Below, in pieces: positions 52,541 through 64,000 of a stretch of DNA of 64,000 nucleotides. Both the position numbers and the translations under genes were made by a program. The notes below the pieces were generated by a model, which was given only the letters and a program-made list of their open reading frames with translations, searched no databases and had not been told where the DNA came from. The first letter of the stretch is position 1. Every line of letters begins with the position of its first letter. Source of the stretch: Amphiscolops sp. MND2022 (lineage: Eukaryota); NCBI GenBank assembly GCA_964187785.1, contig OZ076409.1, forward strand, positions 66,900,001-66,964,000, in the 5' to 3' direction.

Positions 52541-53294
52541 ATTTTTTTAAAATATGAAAGGGAGGACATTTCTGTCTAATTCGCCAAATTCTAGAATCTT
52601 TTTAGCAATTTGGCATTTGGTATGAAGTAGTCATTTTTACAGCATTTTACACAACGACAAACCACTAATAACTCGCTCACTAATAAATTTCATTAAGCGC
52701 CCATTGGCAACCCAGCTCCATGCTTGAAATAGCGGAATTCAAAGTCAATTCAAATATCTTTAAATTCTCAAAAACACTAACAAATTCCCATTCAATCTAA
52801 GTTTACAAATCAAGTTGGATTGAAACTACAAAAAAAATATAAAAAAACTTTCTGAAAGTTTCAGTCAAATATTTGTCCTCAAACTCCAATATGCTTGTGT
52901 TTGAATTAAAGATTTGGATTTCAAGTTCGATCACAATCGACAATTTTAATAACGCAACTTTTAAAGCATAAGCTGTAGCGTTCTGAAATATTACAACCAC
53001 ATCGCTTGGAAAAGCAAAAGGCAGAGCCAATGTCTTGGAAACTGTCATCAATAGGAAAAGTTGACAGATACAAAAATTTTTGGGACGTTTCTGTAGTTTT
53101 CAGAAATGTTTTTACAATTTCTGCAATAAAAAAAGGAACTTGGAACTTCGGAAAAAAATGAAAAAAGGTAAACTTTCAGACGAACAATTTTGTTTTATAA
53201 AATTAGGCCCCTGTGACCACAACAATGGTTCTGCTTCAGGCTCTAATAACCATTAACTACAATCTTCGATAATAAAAACGTATCTGTAAAAACT

Positions 53295-54460
53295 ATACAC
53301 TCTGTTAATTTATTACACCGTTTCTAGTTTAGATGAACAAAATTTCAAGTTAGATGAATTCACCAATAAGATGTAATCGTTCCATTTACATGTGCCCGCT
53401 GATCGGTGTCAATTTAAATGAATAAATTTCATTTTAGATGAATATGCGAGTGGCGATAAAACTAAATACGCAACAAAATTTCATTTTAATTGGATGAAAT
53501 TCCATTTTAGATGAATTAATCACCAATTTCCAATAACTTCTTCTTTCGCTGAGACTGAGAATTTGGTGCGTTTACCGTATGCAACTGCTGTATATAGCGC
53601 GCGTGTAATAACTGTACCAGTTTAAACAGCCCCTTCGATTTTTCTCGGACGGTAAGCTTTGTTACTTGAACAAAAGGGTACAACTTCGGAGCGTACAGTA
53701 TATGACGCTTCGAATTCGTATTTGAATGCAGAAGTTCTCGACGTACGAATATTCAACAATTGTTCACTTCATCTCATTGAAAGCGCTGCGTTGCTGCTAC
53801 GAAGAGTGTCAACGAAAATGGAACGGCTTCTGAACGAAAAGGGATCTCATATACGGCTTCTATAACAGTTCAGCTCGCGCAGAAGTATTATTTAGATGAA
53901 GTCAAAAAACTATTGGTGGTGACAATTTTTGTATTGATAGGTTTTCGAGATAATTGATTGGAATTGTGCCACTTCAAGTAATGGGTTTGCGATGTTTCAC
54001 AACGCTACTTTAATCGCATTGCAATGCTGGTTAGCGAAAAACTGAATAGTGACAATTCAGCAGATTGACAGAAAAACTTTTGAATAGAACAAAAGTTCCA
54101 ACAGTTTTTCTGAATCTTTGAGATATAAAAAACTGAAATTTCTTATATGCAATTGTCGACATTGCTTTATGAATCATATAATCACATCGCACGAATTTTT
54201 GTAATTGTGACCATTTTCGGATTTTGAGTTTTCAATTTGTGTTTCCAAGCAAAGGAGCTGTTTTACTTTCGAAAACCTTTGTATGGACACAACGGAGAAT
54301 AAGCGTATAATGTGTTTCGGTTTTTGCTTCTGCTTTCTCCGCATCATTATGAAGTCATTTGGCCTCTCTTAGAGAAGAAATTCAACAGCTTCAGGAACTA
54401 TGAAACTGTTAATGCAGTTTGGGAAAGGTAATAGGGACAACTCATATTGCTACGAGTTGT
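53295..54460 (+). mobile_element. Possible very decayed PIF/Harbinger-like transposon fragment
   Basis: Several TTAGATGAA repeats at 53330-53515, then broken peptides ESYNHIARIFVI and LGKVIGTTHI that faintly recall Harbinger transposase; no TIR pair found. Confidence 0.2.
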
Positions 54461-56571
54461 TTTTATTAGCAAAGTCAAAAAATTGAAAAACAAAACCAAA
54501 ACTGCCGTAATTAAAGTGATACGGGTATGATTTAAACAATTCTCTAAATTTATTGAAAAATATTTCATCTTTGCCTTTTTTCACTACAATTAGTTCTGAA
54601 AAAAAAACAGAATCTATTTATATCTATTTCTGGAGAATTCACACAATTCAGTCACCCAACAGACAACACTCATGGCCTCTTGAGCTTCATTCATTGGGAA
54701 ACATTTAATAAATAACACTTCAGAATTACCTGGTTTTTCAATTTTGATTGTTCTTCATGGGAATGCTTAATCATTCATATATAAAAAGATACCTTGGACT
54801 TATCTCAAGATTCTCAAAAAGTGTTAAGTCCGTCAATTATCTCCATTTGACTTTGAAGTATTTATTAGCAGCGTAAAAGTGTCCTTCTTTCACGAAATTT
54901 CTCAATCAAGTTGAAAATTTACTAACCTTCTTTTGTTGAAGTTACAAAAAACGAATCGTAAGTGATGTTTTTCACAGCTTACATTGTAATTTTAGCACAT
55001 TGCCGAGTGAAATTCGAAATTGAATTACAGTCTTGAAAAAGTGAACAAGAGATTTTTGCACTTACCCGTGGCTAATTAGATTGTTGTTCAAAAGCCTCTG
55101 TTGTGAAGTCAAGGTGTACAAGACAAAACCAGGCACTGCAAACTTTGACTGACAGGTATCAGCTTCTGGATTGCATCACGATTACGTAACACTAATCGTG
55201 ACACCTCCCAACTTGTTCAGGTGCAATTACTCTTCAATTTGACACGTGCAAAGGTACAAAATGGGAGTCAACATGCTTCAAGAAACACTCCCAAAAAACA
55301 ACGTGACGAAATAAGACTGCCGGTAAGTGATGGTTATTACAAATAACCAATACTGGCGGCTCCTTTTGATTTGCGAATAACACTAAACAATTCTAGAAAA
55401 ATCCACCCCCTAGATTTTCTATCTAGATTTATTAATAATAATAATAATAATAATACTTGGCTGGAGATATTCTCTGGCGAGAGACAAACACAGAATTGTT
55501 GCCATGTGACGCAATTGCGTTTCTTCTGTCCAGAACGAGAATGTCGTAAAAACCAATTTAATTTTATAATGGTTTTACATTGATAGCTGTCAGGACCAAG
55601 TGTGTGTCGGAACGTTTGAACAAATTGAAAATTCAGGATTCAAAAGAAACGAATTCAACAATTCAGAAACTCCCGTCGCTTTTCGAGTCTATATGAAGTT
55701 GTGAAGTGAACACCTTGAACTACATTGCGGATCCCCATCAGGAGTTCAACGAATCTGGATTCTAGTTGCGACTTTAGAACCAGGTACATGTAAGTATCAA
55801 GTAATTAACATGTTTAGCCGGTGCCTCTTGAGGTTGGAAGTTTAAACTCGAATTGTTGCCATTTGTTGGCTTATGTTGACCAATTAAAAGCTGTAAACAT
55901 TATACACCTGCCATCAATATTTGCCTACAAATTACCCGATCCGTTGATTGGCAGTTTTGAGTGAAATCTATTCAGCTGAGATTGAAATGTGGATCAAACA
56001 AAAAAGTTTCATGTTTGTATTTACAATAGATTAATTTGCCAAATTACAGGTAAAAACGGACCGATTATAATTGCTCATAGTTGCTGCCCAAAACGGATCG
56101 GTACCACCGAAAGAATTCACATGTAATCGCGTAGGTGCGAAATGAATTGCTTCGGTGAAACAAGGCCGCTTGTTGTGTTTTACAACCCGAAATAAAGATT
56201 TGGCGAGCTATTGAGAAACTTTTTCATACTTGAAACCATAATGAAGTTATTCTTACCTTGTATTGCGCAATTATGGCTAGCTTTGTTTTCCACAACTCCT
56301 GGTCAATTTTATGGTAATGTTCAGAAATGCTGGGTCCATGTCGGCGTTTCTGCGAATTCAGCAAAGAGTTCTCCTGGTGAAAAAGATTGTAGGGAAATCT
56401 GGCTGTTTTATTACCGAAGGCTTTTGGGTAGTCTGTTCTGTGGTCCCAAGTCGCCCCAGATTGATCTGACCCCGAGGTTGACCCGAAAGACTTCAAGGAC
56501 ACACTTGGTGACCCTAACTGTTGGGAGCTGAAACATGAAAGTTTTTTGACGAAAAAAATATAAAACTGCCT

Positions 56572-57700
56572 ATAAACCTATGAGGAAAGAACGATGAACA
56601 AATTTGAACAAAGTATAATTCTATGAGTGGAATACTTTCAGCAATCACATTGAAAATAAATGATGAGAATAAATTTAAAGGCTCGAATAACATCTAGAAG
56701 TATTTCGCGAATAACGTCGAAAAAACAACATCAAAATTCAATGCAACCTTGGAAATTGACAAGACTTTGCTTTAGACGTTATTCCTCAGACGTTATTGCC
56801 GCTCGCCCAATAAACTTAACCCTAAATGGACCATGGTACGATTTCGTACCAGTTAAATTCTGCAAACTTCTAAACGCACCAGCTGACCGTACGGTGAAGG
56901 AAACTCTCGGTAGCATTGCACGTCATTTCACGGAATATTGACATGATGTCTCCGAAATCATGAAAATGGGACCAAAAAATCAGAAAAAAAATTGAGCCCA
57001 GATTTTCCGTTTTCCAGTTTTCGTTTCTGGCCCTTTCATCCCACTGGTATCAAGACTGGGTCAAAGTGACCCTAACATGTATTGAAACATGCTGAAAAGT
57101 AATCACAGACACGGCGTGCAAAGTTTTGGCGCGATGTCCGGAGCCAATGCGGCGAAGCCGCACGCCAGCGATAGACTTCGCGCAAAAAACTTTGCGCGCA
57201 AGGGGCCCGCTTAGCATTTCAAAAATCAAATTGAGAGCCCTGATTGTCTTCTTTCGAACGCGCTGTAAATCGTTTGTCGGACTTGAATAATTTAGGAGAT
57301 ATTGCGGTTTAAAGTTTAAACACCAAATTTTTGGATGGATCCGAAAATGTCCCGGTCCATTTAGCGTTGATATTCTCCGGAGGCAAAAAACAAGAGCAAG
57401 TATGCCAATGACTTAGGATTCATTCATCACAGTGGGTCAATTCGGTGTTCTTAATTAATGTCACAACCCGTATAACGAATGAATTGATTGAGACATGATA
57501 AAGGAAAATAAAATACGATACTTTTAGTGCAATTATACTGTGCCATGGATATACATGAGGTATTTTTTGTGATACAGAGATCACAAGACCTCCAGACGAT
57601 TGACCTAAATAAACTCTAGATGACAGAAAATTGTTGTCTAACAAACGTTAATGACTAACTTTTTTTTATGTTTTCATGCTTCCATTGTTACAGCTTATTC
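56572..57700 (+). repeat. Diverged direct repeat, copy 1 (~580 bp plus an inserted MITE); possible LTR
   Basis: Colinear with 60248-60824 from ATAAACCTATGAGGAA to CCATTGT.ACA. Confidence 0.9.
56820..57366. mobile_element. piggyBac-type MITE (547 bp) inserted in repeat copy 1
   Basis: TTAA|CCCTAAATGGACC ... GGTCCATTTAGCG|TTGA; absent from repeat copy 2, which shows the empty site AAAC-TTGA-TATTC. Confidence 0.85.
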
Positions 57701-57739
57701 AATATAGAGTAGTAACGAACAGCCGTAGAATGGACAGGA

Positions 57740-58190
57740 AAATTTCCACCCTTGTGTCGCAAACCATCAAAAAAAGTTGAAAGGGGCTATTTGGTCGAAA
57801 GATTTTTTTTGAAAAAAAAACCTCACAATGTGGAAAAAACTGGAAGGGGCGAACCTTTGGGATTTTTCAACATCCATTCTGTCGCAAAACTCCAAAAAAA
57901 TTGAAGGGGACCGTTTGGTGGAAAAACAATTTTCGAAAAAAAAGTCGACCAATGACGAAAAAAACTGAAAGGGGGACTTTCTAGTCTCGGCCGGTATTGT
58001 ATGTTACGCGGAAAAAAGAGAAAAACTTTTTGGTGTAGAACCTTTGCCAACAGGTACAATTTTGTGGAACTCGAAAATTTTGTAGAACTTTTGGTAGAAC
58101 TAATTTGGTCACTTCAGGTGTATCAAAAAAAGACTGACGAAAAGCCATGACTATAGTCGACTCTTTTCTTAAGAAAAACGCAGACTAAAA
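57740..58190 (-). mobile_element. Helentron/HINE-like element, copy H
   Basis: Internal AAATTGAAGGGG units; TAGTCTCG.CCGGTATTGTATGTTA and AAAGCCATGACTATAGTCGACTCTTTTCTTAAG..GACTAAAA match copy C. Confidence 0.7.
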
Positions 58191-60060
58191 ATACACAAAC
58201 GCCAAAACCAAGATTTGACAAGAATCTAAATGAGATACGGCAACCACGAGGCCAAACAAAAAAGAACATGTGCAGGTTTTCGGGAAAACGGGTCTTGACC
58301 CTACATCCATTTTCCTGTCAAAAACAGTAAAATGCAACAACTGTCGAAAAATGGGCCATTTTGAACTCGTATAACAAAACAAAACCAACAACAAATATGC
58401 AACGAAGAATAAACTTTATAAAGACGCAGACCCGGAAAAAGAAAAAAGTGAACCTGAGGAACATATCAAATTAACAAAACGCAATCGGATAAAGATGATC
58501 ACTACAGTATCGAAAGAAAGTTAAACGAAAAAAAAAACAAAAATTCACCATTGACAACGGCTTTCCAGTCACAATCATGCCAAACAACCCATCACTATAC
58601 AAAACGGAAGACATCTGGTGAAAGATACGGAAACGTAAACAAAAATTGTCTTTAGACAAAATTGCTTCATGGAAAGATTCTGGAAAGAACTCATGGGAAG
58701 AATCTAATAACAAAACGAAACATCATCACAGCAATTTTGAGCATGAGTTGTCTGAGCATGAGAAGCAACTGCCCATTACTATAAACGAATTCTCATCCGA
58801 CGAAAACAGGAACCAATCAGAAAAAATCCCGAAAAATCTCCAGAAACTGTTTGAGTCCAACCACACTATCAAAACCCCCGAAGTAAAACTACAAACGAAG
58901 CCGGAATGCTACCCAACACAACAAAAAGCCAGACCGGAATCATTCCATTTATAAAAAAGACCTATATAACGAACTGGATCGATATATGAAATCGGGACGT
59001 TTAGAGAGAGTGGGAACAATCGAAGAAGACTGTTTCGTCTCCCCTTTGATCAATATGGCAAACGAAAAACAAAACAATGAAAATTGTTTTAGACGCCCGA
59101 ATACTAAACAAGAGCTGCATAGAGAGGAGAGCATGAAAGTATTAAAGTTATCCGATCTGGATATATACCAATAATTGACCTTGATTACACAAACGGACAA
59201 ATCAAATACAACTAGCGCCCACAACCAGCATACACTGCAAATTTGCAATTACAGGAGAAACTATCACTGGACACTATCGATTCCTGAGAAGTTTTACGCA
59301 CCAGCCGATAAACTCAAAAGCTTTGAATTTAAAATAGACTGGACTTTCGTACATAAAGCACCCGTAGTTTTGGACAATACTATCATGGTAACATGCAGCA
59401 CTGAAGAACAACAAAAAAAAACTAGAATCGGTAATGAAGAAACTACAGGGCAAATGATACACAGAAAGGAAAAATCTAATTTCTATCAAAAAAAGACAGT
59501 ATGGCTGGGACACACTTTAGCACATGACGCTACAAGATCATAGGAAAAGAGAAAACAGACGCCATCAACAAATTAGAACCACAAAGTAATACTAAAACAC
59601 TGCCACTGATATTCTTTTTTGAGAGTGTGCACAACATAGAGATACCGATTTCAGAAATTTGACAATTGAGAACACTAGTATGCCTCGCACAATACAGCGA
59701 AGATAAAGAAAATATTGTAACCACAGATGCATGCAATATCGGTTTGGGAGTAGTGCTATGGCTAAAAGAAGGAAAATGAGTTCTAAAAACTGTTTCATTC
59801 GCCAGTCGAAACGGTAACGTGGCAGAAAAGAAAAACTATGTAAGCGAAGTAGAACTTCTCGCCTTAGTTTGTTGCCTTGAAGTTTTAGATTCCACCTCCA
59901 GGGAAAACAAGTAGAGCTATTCTCAAATCATATTGCCCTGGAGCCACTACTCAAGAAAATCCAACAAACAGTACAGCACACGCTTGATATGGTAGCTAGA
60001 TTGAATAAACCACTTCCGCATAGTTTTAAAAGACAGAGCGTGGTAATAAACCAATTTTGC
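58191..60060 (+). mobile_element. Ty3/Gypsy gag-pol relic (zinc knuckle, protease, RT, RNase H; no integrase seen)
   Basis: In order, with many stops and frameshifts: CNNCRKMGHF (58333), FTIDNGFPVTI (58550), EEDCFVSP, VLDNTIMVT, TVWLGHTL, VTTDACNIGLGVVLW (59720), EVELLAL, FRFHLQGK. Confidence 0.85.
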
Positions 60061-60247
60061 CGATTTCATCCCCCAAAATTCAAGAGAAAAACTGGAACCA
60101 GAAAAAATTGCTGGGAGATTGTCTTTGACGCCATCGCGGAACCAGCAACGGTAAGTAGCCGCATTGGCCGTGTTTTTAACCAAATAGAACACACCAAACT
60201 CGGTTTTCCGAATTATTGGCACAACCCGTATAACGAATGAATTGACC

Positions 60248-60824
60248 ATAAACCTATGAGGAACGAACGATGAAAAATTTTGAACAAATTATAATTCAAT
60301 GAGTGGAATACTTTCAGCACAATCACATTGAAAGAGTTCCGGTAAGAATATATTCAAAGGATCGAATAACATCTAGAAGTATTTCGCGAATAACGTAAAA
60401 AAAACAACACCAAATATCAATGCAAGTTTGGAAATGGCCATGACTTTGCTTTAGACGTTATTCCTCAGACGGTATTGCCGCTCGCCCAATAAACTTGATA
60501 TTCTCCGTAGGCAAAAAACAAGAGCAAGTCCGTCGATGACTTTGAATTCGAGGATTTTTTATCACAGTGGATCAATTCGGTTTTCTCAAGTAATGTCACA
60601 ACCCGTTAAACGAATGAATTGATAGAGAGAGAAAATAAAATACGATACAATGTACTGCAATTATACAGTGCCATGGATTTACACAAGGTATTTGTGGGAT
60701 ACAGAGAGTACAGGACTTCTAGACGATTGACTTAAATTAACTCTAGATGACAGAAAGTTGTTGACTACCAAACGTTAATGTCTAACATCTATTTATGTTG
60801 TTATGCTACCATTGTCACATATTC
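60248..60824 (+). repeat. Diverged direct repeat, copy 2; possible LTR
   Basis: Matches 56572-57700 minus the piggyBac-type MITE. A third short fragment (CACAACCCGTATAACGAATGAATTGA) lies at ~60195-60246. Confidence 0.9.
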
Positions 60825-61129
60825 TTTTGCACGATATTCGTTTGGCAAAACAAAAGACAAAAGGATTACGCTGGGATGCAGGTTGTTAAATGGAAAGCGG
60901 CCACTGATATAATAATGCTGGAAAAACTTGCATCATTGAGGTCAAACTTCCAGAAATGTTCAAGAAGTGCATTTTTGGTTCATTTTGAAAGTACAATTGC
61001 CAACATACACAACTTACCGGTAGTCTGACCTCTTCAGACAACTTCTCAAAAAAATTTCACAATGAAGATGATGCAAAGTTGCTACTATTTTTGTAACCAG
61101 ATTTCCGATAAAAAACTTGAAACGGGAGC

Positions 61130-61425
61130 CAGAAATTTTGTCCCCAGAAACTTTGTCGTCCGAAAGTCCATCGAAAGAACAAAGTCGAGAGAAATTTGTC
61201 ATTTTTGCAAATCCAGAAAGCTTGGAGCGTTTTAAAATCATGCAACTTTTTACTTCCTATAATACTGATAATCAATCAAAGAACAAAAAATAAAAAGAAA
61301 TTTCTTGACAAAAAATTTCTGACGACGAAATCATTAGACGACAATTTTTTGCTGACGACAAGAAGTTTCATGACGACAAAACTTTCCTGACGACGAAATC
61401 ATCAGACGACAACTTTTTCAAGACA
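61130..61425. repeat. Short-motif tandem repeats (TTTCTGACGACGAAA-like) with an inverted TTTGTCGTC arm; probable MITE remnant
   Basis: GACGAC repeated about six times in 61320-61410; TTTGTCGTCC at ~61152. Confidence 0.45.
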
Positions 61426-61775
61426 AAACTTGAGAGAGAAGACTTGAAACGTAGGAAAGTCAATTAGAGTAGCGTTTTCGGATAATTTCACTCACTACGA
61501 AAAAACTTGCTGAAGAAAGATAGAAACTTCAGGATACCTCATTGAACACTCTCACAGAGAAAAGATGTGTTCTCAAACGAACTACAGTGCATCATTAAAG
61601 AAGTGGAAACATACAAAGTAAGAAAAGAAGATTCGTTTTCAGTCAAAAGGTCTCCTGAGTGCTGTAGTGACATTAGAAATATTTTCGATAACAAAATTGC
61701 AAATGAAGTTAAGAATTGCAAAAAAAACTCAAAACCTCGAAAGAATTGATGAGACGTTTCACAAGCCGTTCGTGC

Positions 61776-62050
61776 TTTTTATTGGGCGTTTTTGAAAAAA
61801 AAGTGCCCGACTCTTACAACGGCTACATTTTTTTCTTTTTTTGTTTCATCAGACCTAGGGGCGCGAATAACGTCTAAAGGAATAACGTCTAAAAGGTGTT
61901 CCGGGAATAACGTCTAAAGGAATAACGTCTAAATTCAATGTATGAGCATGACTGAGCATGACTTGGCTTTAGACGTTATTCCTTAGACGTTATTCCTACT
62001 CCCCCATCAGACCACAGAGCAGAGCTCACCATGTATGTACCATTTTTTGG
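61776..62050 (+). mobile_element. Helentron/HINE-like element, copy I (5' part, interrupted by a MITE)
   Basis: TTTTTATTGGGCG..CCGACTCTTACA..GGCTA..TTTTC.TCAGACCACAG aligns with the 5' ends of copies A, B and F. Confidence 0.5.
61856..62004. mobile_element. 149-bp MULE/foldback-like MITE with a 9-bp TSD
   Basis: GAATAACGTCTAA x4 on the left, TTAGACGTTATTCC x2 on the right; TSD CATCAGACC at 61847-61855 and 62005-62013. Confidence 0.8.
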
Positions 62051-63327
62051 TGCAGAGGTTATTCGGTTAAGTGGTGAAGTCGAGAGTTCGAGTCCTTGCT
62101 TCAGCCACAAATGTTTTTGTGCTTTTAGTTACTTTTTTAACGTAACATGCAAAACCGGACGAGACTACAGGGTCACATTTTTGGCACTATAGGACTTTTA
62201 AATTTCTCATTTTTGTTCTGAAGTTAGGATTTCTCAATATATATCCAGCAATATTTTTTTTCAAAACTACCCGAAATGTTGACGTTAAATCCGAAGGAAC
62301 TTGTGTTTCAATAAAGAGGATGTGGAGGTTTAAAAGCATAGCCCAATGTAACTGAATTTTTGACGTTATATCTGAACTATATTGCATTCTGCTCAGGGAT
62401 AGGAGGCGCAGCTTTGAAAAGGCGCTCCTATTGTTCCCGACACTCTATGTCCGATCCAATTCTGACACTAAAAGTCGACGCAAAAGTCCATTCTGACAAA
62501 GCTTGTAGAGATCAGCTTCAGACCTGTTTCATGGTTGTGTATTTCTGTGAAATTCAATTTAGCCAGTGCTGATACTCTTCATGGACTCCATTTTTACTTA
62601 CCGAAAAACCTAATATTGCTTCTGATCATTAAAAGGCGCCCAAGAAGTCAGTAGGCTACCAAAAGTTCACGCGCTACAATTTCGTTTCGATCAAATCGGT
62701 TAAAACGAGACGCCATGTTTAAATGCTATTTCTCATCAAACTTTTGAACAGAACAGTCAGATTGAAACCATCAGATTATTATCATGGATTTTCCGGAAAT
62801 TATTTCACCATTCACATTGCTCTTTATAGAGCCCATTTCAAACAAATTGACCTCCAACATTGCATTGTTTGCAAACATGAAAATTCGGCGTCAAATTTCA
62901 CATGCATTTTGACTTTAGCAGAAATTTTTCCTCGGCCAGTATTGAAATTTAGGATTTTTCCGGTTCCGTCTGACAACTGTGTCAGAACCAATGAAAATAC
63001 CCTCGTTTCGTGACAAAAGACACTGGAAGAAATTTCAAAATTATTTAGCTGATGATTTTTTGCAACAACCAGAAACTTGGTCATCTAAACTGTCAAATTG
63101 AAAAAGTTAGCTTTTCGAGTGTTTGGAGGTAAACCGTTTTTCTAAAAATGTTCTCGCAATGGATTTTTGGCATTGACAAAACAGAGGGAGGAAGCTATGA
63201 GTATTTGTATTGACTTGTGTATGAGACCGATTGAATAAAATATTGGACAAGACACATGCATAGCTAGCGTACAGTTGGTTCTTATCGCTGCAAAGATTAC
63301 GTAATACTATTCAACGCGTTCCAAACA

Positions 63328-64000
63328 ATGACTACACAAACGCTTCAAAAACTAAACTTGCTTGATCTTACTGATGGAAATTCTGTTCGATCTTTATTTC
63401 AAGAATTGATACAACTTATTGATAATCAAAAAGACGAGATTACTAAATTACGAACTGATTATGATGAACTTAAAAACGAAAAGGACGAACTGGGAAAAAG
63501 AATAACGAAAATGGAACGATACTCTTCTTATATGTGTCAAACATTCCATGGTATTCGAGATGGTGGTGAGTACCCGGTACATAAAATTGTGGAAATCATC
63601 AGGTCAGTACATATTCCAATCGAGCCTTGTGATATTGCAGCATGTCATTATCTTCCCGGTGATGGGAGAAACAAACCAATTATCGTTAAATTTCTTTACA
63701 ATCATCAACGTGATAAAGTTTGGGAACAACGTAATTCTTTTTTTGATCCCCAAACAAAGTCAATTATTTATGTCAACGAAAGGCTTGCTGAAAATGATTG
63801 CGACGTTTACAACTACTGTAGAAAAGAAAAACACTTCATAACAGCTACTCACAAAAATCAAGTACGAGTCGAGGTATCGGAACATGATAAAACATGGTAC
63901 CCGGTGGACAGCCGTATACAAGCTGATGCTATTGGGAACAAAATGGTCTCCTCAAGCGAGCTCACTGAGTGGGGCATGGAAAAATATCCCACTAACGAAG
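63328..64000 (+). CDS. Intact LINE ORF1p-like protein (coiled coil plus RRM-like domain), partial; runs off the window
   Basis: 224 open codons from ATG 63328: heptad-like LIDNQKDEITKLRTDYDELKNEKDELGKRITKMERYS, then DIAACHYL, KPIIVKF and IYVNERL, typical of non-LTR retrotransposon ORF1. Confidence 0.75.
   Translation, partial: MTTQTLQKLNLLDLTDGNSVRSLFQELIQLIDNQKDEITKLRTDYDELKNEKDELGKRITKMERYSSYMCQTFHGIRDGGEYPVHKIVEIIRSVHIPIEPCDIAACHYLPGDGRNKPIIVKFLYNHQRDKVWEQRNSFFDPQTKSIIYVNERLAENDCDVYNYCRKEKHFITATHKNQVRVEVSEHDKTWYPVDSRIQADAIGNKMVSSSELTEWGMEKYPTNE

Noticed and set aside
60795..61749. Short ORFs that might be transposase debris
   Set aside because: No motif that I could assign to a family.
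61856..62004. Short repeats with spacers (also 4808-4940, 12317-12407, 61320-61410) as CRISPR-like arrays
   Set aside because: Repeats are 11-17 bp, irregularly spaced and partly inverted, there are no cas genes, and the context is an intron-rich animal locus. MITE arms or minisatellites explain them.
62050..62110. tRNA gene
   Set aside because: Only a B-box-like motif; I could not fold a cloverleaf.
1..64000. Naming the source species
   Set aside because: Only an AT-rich, probably invertebrate animal can be supported from the sequence; a species call needs a database search.

Overview
AT-rich animal genomic DNA with canonical GT-AG introns. The only well-supported host gene is a minus-strand KIF26/VAB-8-type (kinesin-11) gene. 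I assembled it by hand into 16 phase-consistent coding exons (24215->3119, 5355 nt, 1784 aa if the ATG at 24215 is the start; the true 5' end is unresolved). Its motor carries the family's degenerate nucleotide motifs. Its tail appears to lack the usual KIF26 C-terminal helical domain and ends in -SAV. The rest of the window is transposon-rich non-coding DNA. It holds two Ty3/Gypsy relics (gag with a primer-binding site at the left edge; gag-pol at about 58-60 kb), an internally deleted hAT transposon with perfect TSD, hAT-, piggyBac- and MULE-like MITEs, and about nine copies of a Helentron/HINE-like family. It also holds a 450-bp palindrome, a ~185-bp tandem array, and an intact LINE-ORF1-like ORF running off the right edge that the ORF track missed. 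I found no CRISPR array, rRNA or intact tRNA, and nothing I can defend as a wholly new multi-gene system. All family assignments come from recalled motifs, not database searches.
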